Program-made: the position numbers and the translations under genes | Shown: positions 38,875 through 47,610 of the stretch, one piece after another | Layout: every line of letters starts with the position of its first letter | Numbering within the stretch: the first letter of the stretch is position 1 | Source: Bacteroidota bacterium | Lineage (GTDB): Bacteria > Bacteroidota > Bacteroidia > Flavobacteriales_D > Sanyastnellaceae | Length of the DNA: 64,000 nt | Reading direction: 5' to 3' | Assembly (NCBI GenBank): GCA_027622975.1 | Contig: JAQBVN010000001.1 | Span: forward strand, 35,955-99,954 | The notes under the pieces: generated by a model | Database searches by the model: none | Seen by the model: only the letters and a program-made list of their open reading frames with translations | Told to the model about the DNA's origin: nothing

Positions 38875-40230
38875 TCAATCGCCGGGGTGAAGTTGGGAGA
38901 GAACCTCTTCCATCCACGCATCATCTCTGAAATGGTTCCACCGCTCCGGTTGTGCCAAAACGCCCTCCATGATTTTTTGTTGTCTTTTCCCTCTCTCGAG
39001 TGCTTCGTGGTAGGGAGTGTGGCTGAAAGTCACGAGGGAATACAACGGAAGCCATTTGTCGGGATGCTTTCGCTGCAAGCGGCCCTCAAGGGCTTTTTGT
39101 TGCAAAAACTGAGGGTCTCCAGTGAGGTCTCGCATTTCAATGTAATTCTGCAAGGCCAATTCCAAAATGGCATCCCCCGCAGGTTTCCGCAGGGCGGTGT
39201 ATCGCTGGAGGGTTTGGTCCCAAGACGCGGATCCGGCATCGAGATTCTCCAACAGCTCATCCAAGACAGAACAGTCCTCCATTCCGCTGTTCATGCCCTG
39301 CCCGTAAAACGGCACAATGGCGTGTGCGGCATCCCCCATCAGGGCAACCCGTCCTCCGTCGTTCCAAGGGAAACAACGCGTCATGACCAAAGAAGACACG
39401 GGGTGGGCGTTCCAATCCTCGAGCAGGTTGGGAAGCAATGGCAACACATCGGGAAAATGCTTCTCAAAGAAGGCCATCACCTTGTCATCGTCCGTCAAAG
39501 CATCGAGTCCATGCTCACCCTCGTAGGGCCCAAACAACGTGCACGTAAATGTCTTGTCCGGGTTGGGAAGGGCCATGAGCATGAAGGTGCCTCTAGGCCA
39601 AATGTGCAAGCCATCCTCCTCCATTTGGAAGCCTCCGTCGGGACCGGGAAGCATGGGAATCTCCTTGTAGCCATGGGGCAAGTACGTCTGTTCAAAGTTG
39701 AAGCGGTCTTGCCGGGTCATTTGCCCTCGGATGGCACTGAATGCGCCATCGGTACCAAACACCCTCTCAAACACGGGGTGCGCTGGGCGTTCCTCGTGCT
39801 CGAGGTGAAGGGCCACACCATGGCTTTCATGGGTGTAACCTTCGCATCTGTGGTTGAAGTGAACGCTCACGCCCGGCATCGCTTCGGCAGCTTCGAGCAG
39901 GATGCGATTCAATCCCCCGCGAGAGACCGAATAGATGCACTGGCCTTCGAGGCCATAGGGTTGAAAGGTTCGCGTGCCGTCGACAGCGTGCATTCGGCGG
40001 CCGTGGATGGGAAGGGCGATGGTGCGAACCGCCTCAGCCACTCCCGCTTGTTCCAGTGCTTTCCAACCACGGTCACTCAAGGCCAAATTGATGCTTCGTC
40101 CACCATGAATTGGGCCCACACGCGGGTCGGACCTGCGTTCGTAGATGGAGACCTCGTATCCTCGATTGGCCAGCATTTTGGCCCACAAACTCCCCACGAG
40201 ACCTGCCCCGACTACCGCGACTTTAGCCAT
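38875..40230 (-). CDS. kmo: kynurenine 3-monooxygenase (FAD-dependent)
   Basis: VAVVGAGLVGSL dinucleotide motif, GDAAHAIVPFYGQGMN motif, and length typical of bacterial KMO. Confidence 0.88.
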   Translation of the reverse strand: MAKVAVVGAGLVGSLWAKMLANRGYEVSIYERRSDPRVGPIHGGRSINLALSDRGWKALEQAGVAEAVRTIALPIHGRRMHAVDGTRTFQPYGLEGQCIYSVSRGGLNRILLEAAEAMPGVSVHFNHRCEGYTHESHGVALHLEHEERPAHPVFERVFGTDGAFSAIRGQMTRQDRFNFEQTYLPHGYKEIPMLPGPDGGFQMEEDGLHIWPRGTFMLMALPNPDKTFTCTLFGPYEGEHGLDALTDDDKVMAFFEKHFPDVLPLLPNLLEDWNAHPVSSLVMTRCFPWNDGGRVALMGDAAHAIVPFYGQGMNSGMEDCSVLDELLENLDAGSASWDQTLQRYTALRKPAGDAILELALQNYIEMRDLTGDPQFLQQKALEGRLQRKHPDKWLPLYSLVTFSHTPYHEALERGKRQQKIMEGVLAQPERWNHFRDDAWMEEVLSQLHPGD

Positions 40231-41404
40231 GGATTCCCGTGGCTGAGGCCAAAGCCTGGTTCAAATCGTCAATCAAATCTTCCACGTCCTCTACACCCAC
40301 ACTCAATCGAATCAATCCGTCCGTGACACCTGTCTTTTCACGAACTTCCTTGGGGATGCTCGCATGGGTCATGGTGGCGGGATGTCCAATCAAACTTTCC
40401 ACCCCACCGAGCGATTCAGCCAAGGTGAACAAGCGCGTGGTTGCGACCAGTTTTTTGGCCATGTCGAGGTTGTTGTCTCGCAATGTGAAAGAGACCATGC
40501 CACCAAATCCATGCATTTGACGTGCCGCCACCTCATGTCCAGGATGGGAAGGAAACCCGGGCCAATGCACCTTGGCGATGGCTGGATGTTGTGTGAGGTG
40601 GTGGGCAATGCGTGCACCGTTGTCACAGTGTCGTTGCATGCGAAGGTGCAGGGTTTTCAGACCGCGCAGGACCAAAAAGCAGTCCATGGGTCCAGGCACC
40701 GCTCCACAGGAATTTTGCAGCGTGCGCAGTTGGTCGGCCCAATGTTCGTCGCTGGTGACCAGGCAACCCATGACCACATCGGAGTGACCGCCGAGGTATT
40801 TGGTTGCGCTGTGCATGACCATGTCCGCACCGAGATTGAGCGGATTTTGGAGCATGGGCGAGGCGAAGGTGTTGTCCACCACCACGCGAGCCCCACTGCC
40901 CCGGACAGCGTCAGCCACCGCTGCGATGTCCGTGATTTGCATCATGGGGTTGGTCGGGGTCTCAACCCACACGAGGCGAGTTTGGGCATTCAATGCGCTT
41001 CGCAGGGCATCGAGGTCCGACAGGTTGACAAAGTGAAAAACGATGCCGTAGTGCGCAAACACGGTGGTGAACAAGCGGTAGCTTCCACCATAAAGGTCGT
41101 TGGTGCTGATGACTTCGTCTCCCGGTTTCAGGGTCTTCAACACGGTGTCCATCGCCGCCAATCCGGAAGCAAAGGCCAAACCATGGGCTCCGTGCTCGAG
41201 TGCTGCAAAGGCGGATTCGAGCGCAGTACGGGTGGGGTTGTGAGTTCGAGAATATTCGTATCCCTTGTGGTTGCCAACGCCTTCTTGGACATAGGTCGAG
41301 GTCATGTACACAGGGGTCATGATGGCGCCTGTGGAGGGATCGGGTTCAACGCCGGCGTGCACGGCAAGGGTGCCTCGGCCTGTGGTTTTGGAGTGGTCAC
41401 TCAT
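40223..41404 (-). CDS. trans-sulfuration PLP enzyme (cystathionine gamma-synthase / beta- or gamma-lyase family)
   Basis: SATKYLGGHSD PLP-lysine motif and Cys/Met-metabolism PLP family length (393 aa). Confidence 0.9.
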   Translation of the reverse strand: MSDHSKTTGRGTLAVHAGVEPDPSTGAIMTPVYMTSTYVQEGVGNHKGYEYSRTHNPTRTALESAFAALEHGAHGLAFASGLAAMDTVLKTLKPGDEVISTNDLYGGSYRLFTTVFAHYGIVFHFVNLSDLDALRSALNAQTRLVWVETPTNPMMQITDIAAVADAVRGSGARVVVDNTFASPMLQNPLNLGADMVMHSATKYLGGHSDVVMGCLVTSDEHWADQLRTLQNSCGAVPGPMDCFLVLRGLKTLHLRMQRHCDNGARIAHHLTQHPAIAKVHWPGFPSHPGHEVAARQMHGFGGMVSFTLRDNNLDMAKKLVATTRLFTLAESLGGVESLIGHPATMTHASIPKEVREKTGVTDGLIRLSVGVEDVEDLIDDLNQALASATGIHG

Positions 41405-42587
41405 GGGCTTCGAAGTTACGGGAGGACCGATGATTTGGGGCTGAGGTTTGTGCTACCCAAAATGGCATCAACACCGCCCCTACCAACAAGTAGATGTGGT
41501 AGGTTAACCATCGCCACAAGAGCACAATGGCCGTCCATGCTGCAGGAGCAAGCACGCAAGGCATCAGGTCTTGCATGAAGGCAGGCAACGCGAATTCAGC
41601 CAACCCGGCAGATCCTGGGGTTGGACTGATCATCAGGACGGTCCACATGGCCAGTTGTCTCGCCCAAACAGCAGCATGAGACAACCCTTCAGCGGCCTGA
41701 CCTCCCATGGCGTCGACCAAGGGTTCGACAACGGCCAACAAGAGAACATGCAGGGTTGCAAACCGGGCCGTCCAACTGGCGACGGTTGCCAAGGAGGCCA
41801 ATCCCCACGACAACGTAGGCATGGACCGAAGGGACCTCGATGCTTCCAGCAGATCGTTGGCAAGAGAGGCAATCCGGTCCTTCCAACGCATCAGCACCTT
41901 CCGGGAGGAGAGCCCAAGCAACGTTTGATTCACACCACGTGGATTGAGCAACAACGCACATGCCAAAAACACCGCCAACCCCAGCATGAACCCACACCCT
42001 CCGGCAAACACAGCTCCCAAGGATCCTTCAATCCAAGGGGCCGCCTGTGGCAAAAAGGCCCCGGTTCCAGCCACAAGAGCCACACCCAAAACGGCCAGGA
42101 TGAAGAACATCTCGTCGAGCATCGCCGTGGCCATGACAGTGGCCAAACTGCGGCCCCACGTCAAGCCATTCCGATGCAAGATGAAAGCGGCCACAGCACT
42201 GCCCCCAACCACTGATGGGGTCAAAGCGGATGCCAACTCCCACAACAGAATGCTCGAAGCCGTGCGTTTCTTCCCCAAGTGTCCTTGTGTGAGCACCCCA
42301 AGCCTGACCATGTATCCGACATCGCGCACAACCACGGCAAGACAGGCCACCCCCACCCATTCCCATGCGACATCGACGTTGACAAGGGCTTGCCATGTCG
42401 AACCCTGGATTCCTCCGACCAACGCCACGCCAACAGCAGCGATGACGCTCGCGGCGACAACCCACCAGAGCCTGCGTGCTGTGAACAGGTTGGTCGCTGC
42501 GGTTTGACTTCTTTCTCTGGCACCGGAGCCATGGTCGGGGCCTGGAGATGATCCCGGTGAGGAAGAAGGAGGAGATGCGAACGCCAT
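41397..42587 (-). CDS. flippase-like / lysylphosphatidylglycerol-synthase TM-region family membrane protein (paralog 1)
   Basis: Polytopic protein with an SPTPGSAGLAEFAL motif characteristic of the LPG_synthase_TM family, and a Ser/Pro-rich N-terminal tail. Confidence 0.78.
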   Translation of the reverse strand: MAFASPPSSSPGSSPGPDHGSGARERSQTAATNLFTARRLWWVVAASVIAAVGVALVGGIQGSTWQALVNVDVAWEWVGVACLAVVVRDVGYMVRLGVLTQGHLGKKRTASSILLWELASALTPSVVGGSAVAAFILHRNGLTWGRSLATVMATAMLDEMFFILAVLGVALVAGTGAFLPQAAPWIEGSLGAVFAGGCGFMLGLAVFLACALLLNPRGVNQTLLGLSSRKVLMRWKDRIASLANDLLEASRSLRSMPTLSWGLASLATVASWTARFATLHVLLLAVVEPLVDAMGGQAAEGLSHAAVWARQLAMWTVLMISPTPGSAGLAEFALPAFMQDLMPCVLAPAAWTAIVLLWRWLTYHIYLLVGAVLMPFWVAQTSAPNHRSSRNFEAHE

Positions 42588-42606
42588 GGTTCACAAGGTA
42601 GCAAGG

Positions 42607-43653
42607 TCACGCGTAGACCTCCGTGCCTTCTGTGCAGTTGGTGCACATCGGGACATCGGAACGACCTGTGAAAATTTGTCGGCGGAAGGCATCGTAAGGG
42701 GCGCCATGCCAAACCTCAGCCATGGATTGCATGGACAAGTTGCCCATGACGTGTTCCGCATCCTTGTCAAAACAGCACGGGACCACCTTGCCATCCCAAG
42801 TGACCACTGCGCCTTGCCACATGCGCCAACATTCGTCCTTCATGGGGTTCCGAAGGACCCAAGAGCCCGAACGGGGATCTCGGTCGTAGCGACGCAAGTT
42901 GGGGTCTTTGGTGAGAAGTGGATGCCCATCTTTGGGGTCATCAAGCTGCGCAGTTTTTATGACAACTTCGTCCACACCCAACGCCGAAGCTTGGGCGTGA
43001 AGTTCCTTGACCTCGTGTTCATTGGGACCTACCACCAAAAACTGCCAAACCACGTGGGGGCCACGTCCGAGCCGCCGTTTGGTCTCCACCATCGTGCGCG
43101 TGCCCTCTAGAACCTTGTGCAGCTGTCCACCCACGCGATATGCCTCATAGGTCTGCTGTGTCAGGCCATCGACCGACACGATGAGCCTTTTCAGCCCAGA
43201 TTCAATCAATTCTTCACACCTTGAAGAAGTCAGATGATGTGCATTGGTGGAGGTGGAGGAATAGATTCCGTGGCGTGTGCACGCCTCAATCAGTTGTGCC
43301 AACCCGGTGTTGAGCAGGGGCTCTCCCTGGAAATACAGGTTGACATAGGCCAGCCATGGGGCCAAATCATCGATCCATGGCGTGGCATGTTGGGTCGTGA
43401 GCATGCCTGTGGGTCGGGTGAAGGATCGCAGCCCGCTGGGGCACTCCGGACAACGGAGGTTGCACGATGTGGTGGGTTCAATGGACAAACTCATGGGCAT
43501 CACGCCCGCAGGCATCAAGGCCTTGCCATCGATGGGACCATGTTTGCGCAACCGGACGTAGGCCCGTTGTAGCTTCCAGGCATTCCGGGCGCGTGTTGGC
43601 GTCAAGCTCGCCAACCTCCGGATTCTGTCCAGTGCCAAGTTCCCATAACCCAT
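42607..43653 (-). CDS. radical SAM enzyme with C-terminal SPASM/twitch Cys-rich domain
   Basis: CNLRCPEC (CxxxCxxC) cluster motif and a C-terminal CWRMW...PCCFD...CTNC auxiliary-cluster region. Start set to ATG 43653, with a -7 box 4 nt upstream; the track start 43992 runs antisense through DUF3109. Confidence 0.85.
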   Translation of the reverse strand: MGYGNLALDRIRRLASLTPTRARNAWKLQRAYVRLRKHGPIDGKALMPAGVMPMSLSIEPTTSCNLRCPECPSGLRSFTRPTGMLTTQHATPWIDDLAPWLAYVNLYFQGEPLLNTGLAQLIEACTRHGIYSSTSTNAHHLTSSRCEELIESGLKRLIVSVDGLTQQTYEAYRVGGQLHKVLEGTRTMVETKRRLGRGPHVVWQFLVVGPNEHEVKELHAQASALGVDEVVIKTAQLDDPKDGHPLLTKDPNLRRYDRDPRSGSWVLRNPMKDECWRMWQGAVVTWDGKVVPCCFDKDAEHVMGNLSMQSMAEVWHGAPYDAFRRQIFTGRSDVPMCTNCTEGTEVYA

Positions 43654-43657
43654 GGGG

Positions 43658-43665
43658 CAAAGGTA
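43658..43665 (-). promoter_or_regulatory. -7 box TACCTTTG, 4 nt upstream of the radical SAM ATG
   Basis: Minus strand reads TACCTTTG-CCCC-ATG. Confidence 0.45.
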
Positions 43666-43674
43666 CGTTGGCGC

Positions 43675-43682
43675 TACCTTCG
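43675..43682 (+). promoter_or_regulatory. -7 box TACCTTCG, 5 nt upstream of the DUF3109 ATG
   Basis: TACCTTCG-TCTCC-ATG. Confidence 0.4.
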
Positions 43683-43687
43683 TCTCC

Positions 43688-44272
43688 ATGATTCGCATCG
43701 GAAGCACGCTTTTGAGTGAGGACCTGTTTGAGGAGTTCTTCACCTGCAATTTAGGAGCGTGCAAAGGCGCATGTTGTGTGGAAGGAGAAAGCGGCGCTCC
43801 CTTGACCGTGGCAGAGGCAGGCAAACTTGAGGAAGTGTGGGAGGACGTTGCGCCTTTGCTGCCGGAAGCGGGAAGGAAGGCCGTTGAGAGCCAAGGCTTT
43901 TCTGTCTTGGATGAGGATGGGGATTTGGTGACACCCTTGGTGGAGGGGCGCGAATGTGCATTCACAGTGTTTGACGCCAACGGCACGGCCAAATGCGGTT
44001 TGGAACAGGCCTACTTGCAAGGGGCCACCGACTGGAGAAAGCCATTGAGTTGTCACCTGTATCCCATCCGCGTCAAAGAGTTGATTGATTTCACGGCCTT
44101 GAATTATCACCGATGGCCCATTTGTGACGCGGCAAAGGCCTGCGGCCAATCCACCAAACTCTCGGTCCTCGATTTTTGCAAGGATGCCTTGATTCGAAAG
44201 TTTGGTGAATCGTGGTATGCCGAAGCCCAAGAAGTCCAAAGCGCATGGAGAGCCTCTCAAGACAAGTCATGA
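43688..44272 (+). CDS. DUF3109-family Cys-rich protein
   Basis: The N-terminal CNLGACKGACC Cys cluster matches my recollection of DUF3109 (YkgJ-like CxxCxxCC relatives); about 194 aa. Confidence 0.65.
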   Translation: MIRIGSTLLSEDLFEEFFTCNLGACKGACCVEGESGAPLTVAEAGKLEEVWEDVAPLLPEAGRKAVESQGFSVLDEDGDLVTPLVEGRECAFTVFDANGTAKCGLEQAYLQGATDWRKPLSCHLYPIRVKELIDFTALNYHRWPICDAAKACGQSTKLSVLDFCKDALIRKFGESWYAEAQEVQSAWRASQDKS

Positions 44273-45717
44273 CGTTCCGTGTCGCCTTGTCCCTTGTGAT
44301 TGTCATCCTGGGATTGTGCGGTCTTGCCATGCCTTCCCTGGCCTTGGGCCAGGGCATGCCGTTGGACGATTGGCAGAAGAACCATCACGTGGTGATTCTG
44401 GGGGTGGATTCGGACGTTGTGTACCTCGGGAAAACGAGGGGGGACCAAACCTTGGCCCAAGCCATGCGCGCCAACTGGGAAGTGGGAACAGTGTCAAGGC
44501 TGGCTTCAACTGGAGATGCCCTCGTGATGCCCGACGCCCTGGTTCCCATTCAGGATCCGGCATGGGCAGCGCTTGGAAAACTTCAACACGTGGCGATTCA
44601 TGCGCGGTTGGGCTTGGCTGTTTTGAGCGCTTCGAGGCCAGGAGGCCGAGGGGATTTGGACTTGTTCATGTCCCACCGAATGACCCAACGCAAGGTTGGA
44701 GTCTCAGGGGGCGTGGAGGTGAGCTGGTCTTCTCCTCAGCCCCTCGATGGCCTGAACACCACCGGAGACGAGGTGTTTCCGCGTTGGGAAGGCCGAGATG
44801 TTGTTTTTGCGAGCAACGGCAGGTCGACGGACGAGGTGGAAGGAGGATCGTTCAGCCTCTACCGTTCCGAAGGCCGGCACCAATGGTTGAGGGCCGAGGC
44901 CATTCAGGGTCCATGGAACCTTGAAGACGACCAAACGTCGGTGGCGGAATGTGTGCCGGGCACCCTCGGTTTGTCCCAGCGCTTGCAGGGAAGCCCGCAC
45001 GTTCAATTGACATGGAAGGCCGAGGCCTCTCGGCGGGAAGTGTTGGGTGAGGGGTGGACCATGTGTGTTCGGGACCCGCTCACGTTGGAGCCGCTTCATG
45101 GAAACTTGGAGGTGCGCGATTCCAAAACGCGGCGTGTGTGTGGGCGCTGGACCGTCCATGGGTGTGCAGATGTCTCCCAACTTGACCCGACCCAACCATG
45201 GGTTGTGCGTTGGAATGCTGATGAATTGATCGAAGCTGAATGGGTTTTGGTTTCCCCAGATGGCCGGATCATCCGGCGGCATCTCTTGCGAGATGATTTG
45301 GGTTGGTCCTTCACCATGTTGCCCTTGGACGCCGTGGAAGCCATGAAGCAGGGGGCACTGCAAGATGCGAGTTTTTGGCCTTGGCTGGAGGTGCAACTGG
45401 TTCACTTCGATCTGGGAAGTTCCAATCCACAACCTGCGTCGTTGCGAGCCTTCCAAAGTTGGGTGAATGAATCCACGTCATTCACCCATCACGAAGCAGG
45501 TCGCTGGTTGGTGATGGGGCATGCGGACCAATCCGGACCGGAATCTGTCAATGCGTCACTGAGTGAGGCCCGCGCCCAAGTCATTGCACAGGAGCTCCTT
45601 CTCCTCTTCCCCGACGCCAAGATGGTGACCTCTGGTGCAGGGAGCACTCTCCCTGTGGGGAATGATCCAGCCCAAAACAGACGCGTCGAGGTGCGTTGGG
45701 TCCCCAACGTGAAGTAA
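44269..45717 (+). CDS. OmpA-family peptidoglycan-binding protein with a large N-terminal domain
   Basis: Signal peptide MTFRVALSLVIVILGLCGLA and a C-terminal OmpA_C-like domain (GHADQSGPESVN...NRRVEV). ATG overlaps the DUF3109 stop. Confidence 0.8.
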   Translation: MTFRVALSLVIVILGLCGLAMPSLALGQGMPLDDWQKNHHVVILGVDSDVVYLGKTRGDQTLAQAMRANWEVGTVSRLASTGDALVMPDALVPIQDPAWAALGKLQHVAIHARLGLAVLSASRPGGRGDLDLFMSHRMTQRKVGVSGGVEVSWSSPQPLDGLNTTGDEVFPRWEGRDVVFASNGRSTDEVEGGSFSLYRSEGRHQWLRAEAIQGPWNLEDDQTSVAECVPGTLGLSQRLQGSPHVQLTWKAEASRREVLGEGWTMCVRDPLTLEPLHGNLEVRDSKTRRVCGRWTVHGCADVSQLDPTQPWVVRWNADELIEAEWVLVSPDGRIIRRHLLRDDLGWSFTMLPLDAVEAMKQGALQDASFWPWLEVQLVHFDLGSSNPQPASLRAFQSWVNESTSFTHHEAGRWLVMGHADQSGPESVNASLSEARAQVIAQELLLLFPDAKMVTSGAGSTLPVGNDPAQNRRVEVRWVPNVK

Positions 45718-45722
45718 TTTCG
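45715..45722 (+). promoter_or_regulatory. -7 box TAATTTCG, 4 nt upstream of the panD ATG
   Basis: TAATTTCG-CGCC-ATG. Confidence 0.4.
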
Positions 45723-45726
45723 CGCC

Positions 45727-46077
45727 ATGCTCATCAACGTCATGCGTGCGAAGCTGCACCGTTTGACCGTCACCCAGGCGGACCTTAATTACATCGGCAG
45801 CATCACCTTGGATCCCGACCTCATCGAAGCGGCGGGTCTTGTGGAGGGAGAGCGCGTTCAAATTGTCAACATCAACAATGGTGAACGTCTGGAAACCTAT
45901 GTGATTACCGGAGAACGCGGAAGCGGTCAAGTGTGTCTCAATGGTCCAGCGGCCCGAAAGGTGCAACCCGGGGACATTGTCATTGTCATCGCCTATGCCA
46001 TGATGACCGTGGAAGAGGCCCAGGGGTACACCCCAAGGCTCGTGTTCCCGGACACGGCGACCAACCGTTTGACATGA
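45727..46077 (+). CDS. panD: aspartate 1-decarboxylase
   Basis: [24 protein letters not shown] contains the self-processing G-S site; 116 aa. Confidence 0.96.
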   Translation: MLINVMRAKLHRLTVTQADLNYIGSITLDPDLIEAAGLVEGERVQIVNINNGERLETYVITGERGSGQVCLNGPAARKVQPGDIVIVIAYAMMTVEEAQGYTPRLVFPDTATNRLT

Positions 46078-47039
46078 CCTTTCGGAAGATTCTGACCACC
46101 CTCGTTTTTTTTGGCATCGGCGCAGGCCTGTTCTGGCTGGCCATGTCAGGGGTGGAGGATCGGGATGGCATGATGCGCGACATGCGCTCCGCACAGGGCT
46201 GGGGGATTGGAGCATCGTTTGTCATGGGTTACCTGGCCATCGTGTCTCGCGGTCTGCGCTGGAAACTCTTGCTGTCACCGATGGGGCACAACCCATCTGC
46301 CTCTCGCTCCGTGCATGCAGTGGCTTTTTCCTACCTGGCCAACGCCTTGGTTCCAAGGTCTGGGGAGGTGGCGAGGTGCGCTGCACTCAACCAAACCGAT
46401 GACATCCCCGTGGATCATTTGTTGGGCACGGTCATCACGGAGCGCGTGGTCGATTTTGTGATGCTGTTCGGATTGGTAGGCTTTGCCCTTCTCACCAATT
46501 TGGACGCCTTTGTGGAGCTCATGTCTCAAGCCAATCTTCCGGCACTTCCTTCCCTTGTGGGGTTGGGTTTGTTGGGTGTCTTGGGTGTGGCTGCCTTGTG
46601 GTGGATTTCTCAGCAGCGAGGCCAAACAGGATGGCTGGGCAAGGTCGCGACCTTTCTTCAAGGAATCGGTTCGGGCATTCAAAGTGTCATGGCCATGGAA
46701 CGTCGTGGCCTGTTTGTCGCCCACACCCTGTTCATTTGGGGGATGTACTTTCTCATGTCTTACGTCCTGTTCAAGGCCATTCCAGCAGTGAGCCACATCA
46801 GCATGACCGATGCTGTGCTGGTGATGGTGGCAGGGGGTTTTGGCATGGTGCTTCCCGCCCCAGGGGGGATTGGTTCCTACCATTGGGCTGTGTCCCTTGG
46901 GTTCGCAGCAGTGGGGATGGTGGGAGACATTGGTTTGGCGGTGGCCAATGTGGTGTGGCTCACCCAAACAGCGATGATCCTCCTGACTGGCGGCTTGGGC
47001 TACCTGATGTTGTTTCTCCATCGACTTCGCCATGGCTGA
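46074..47039 (+). CDS. flippase-like / LPG_synthase_TM family membrane protein (paralog 2)
   Basis: Polytopic protein with a [12 protein letters not shown] motif. ATG 46074 overlaps the panD stop. Confidence 0.78.
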   Translation: MTFRKILTTLVFFGIGAGLFWLAMSGVEDRDGMMRDMRSAQGWGIGASFVMGYLAIVSRGLRWKLLLSPMGHNPSASRSVHAVAFSYLANALVPRSGEVARCAALNQTDDIPVDHLLGTVITERVVDFVMLFGLVGFALLTNLDAFVELMSQANLPALPSLVGLGLLGVLGVAALWWISQQRGQTGWLGKVATFLQGIGSGIQSVMAMERRGLFVAHTLFIWGMYFLMSYVLFKAIPAVSHISMTDAVLVMVAGGFGMVLPAPGGIGSYHWAVSLGFAAVGMVGDIGLAVANVVWLTQTAMILLTGGLGYLMLFLHRLRHG

Positions 47040-47550
47040 AAGCATGATTCGATTTGACCTCCGAGAGGCAAGCAAGGCGGTGGAAGGATGGCGCGCTGCG
47101 GGGGGCAAGGTTGTGTTGACCAACGGTGTATTCGATGTGCTTCATGTGGGGCATTTGGCGGTCCTTCAGGCAGCTGCTCAAGAAGGCGATCGACTTGTGG
47201 TGGCGGTGAATACGGATGCGAGCGTACGTCGTTTGAACAAGGGAGAGGATCGACCCATTCACCCCCAATGGGAGCGTGCCAGCATGTTGGCAGCCCTTCG
47301 ATGTGTGGATGCCGTGGTCCTGTTTGACGAGGACACCCCCATCGAGATTGTCCGCGCCCTTCGGCCAGACGTCCTCGTCAAAGGAGGAGATTACAACCCC
47401 GATGAACGTAACCCCCAGGATCCAACGTACATGGTGGGCAGTGGCGAGGTGAAATCTTGGGGAGGCCGGGCAGTGTCCGTCCCTTTGCTCCCGGGTCACA
47501 GCACCACACAAATCTTGAATAAGATTCGAGGCTCCCAACCACGGAATTGA
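47032..47550 (+). CDS. D-glycero-beta-D-manno-heptose-1-phosphate adenylyltransferase (RfaE domain II type cytidylyltransferase)
   Basis: VVLTNGVFDVLHVGHL (HxGH) nucleotidyltransferase motif and RfaE-II-like length. Confidence 0.88.
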   Translation: MAESMIRFDLREASKAVEGWRAAGGKVVLTNGVFDVLHVGHLAVLQAAAQEGDRLVVAVNTDASVRRLNKGEDRPIHPQWERASMLAALRCVDAVVLFDEDTPIEIVRALRPDVLVKGGDYNPDERNPQDPTYMVGSGEVKSWGGRAVSVPLLPGHSTTQILNKIRGSQPRN

Positions 47551-47557
47551 AAATCAC

Positions 47558-47584
47558 AACGCCCGACGTGTTTGGCCGGGCGTT
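47558..47584. terminator. hairpin between convergent rfaE-II-like and accC genes
   Basis: AACGCCCG ... CGGGCGTT 8-bp stem with an 11-nt loop and weak flanking T/A tracts. Confidence 0.4.
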
Positions 47585-47610
47585 GCACAAATCAGAGGTC
47601 ACCAAGTGAC

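Noticed and set aside
38542-41578. 594-aa (38542..40326) and 404-aa (40364..41578) plus-strand ORFs.
   Set aside because: They are antisense to kmo and to the trans-sulfuration PLP gene, both of which have diagnostic cofactor motifs. The shadow ORFs are Arg/Gly/His-rich with no domain signature.
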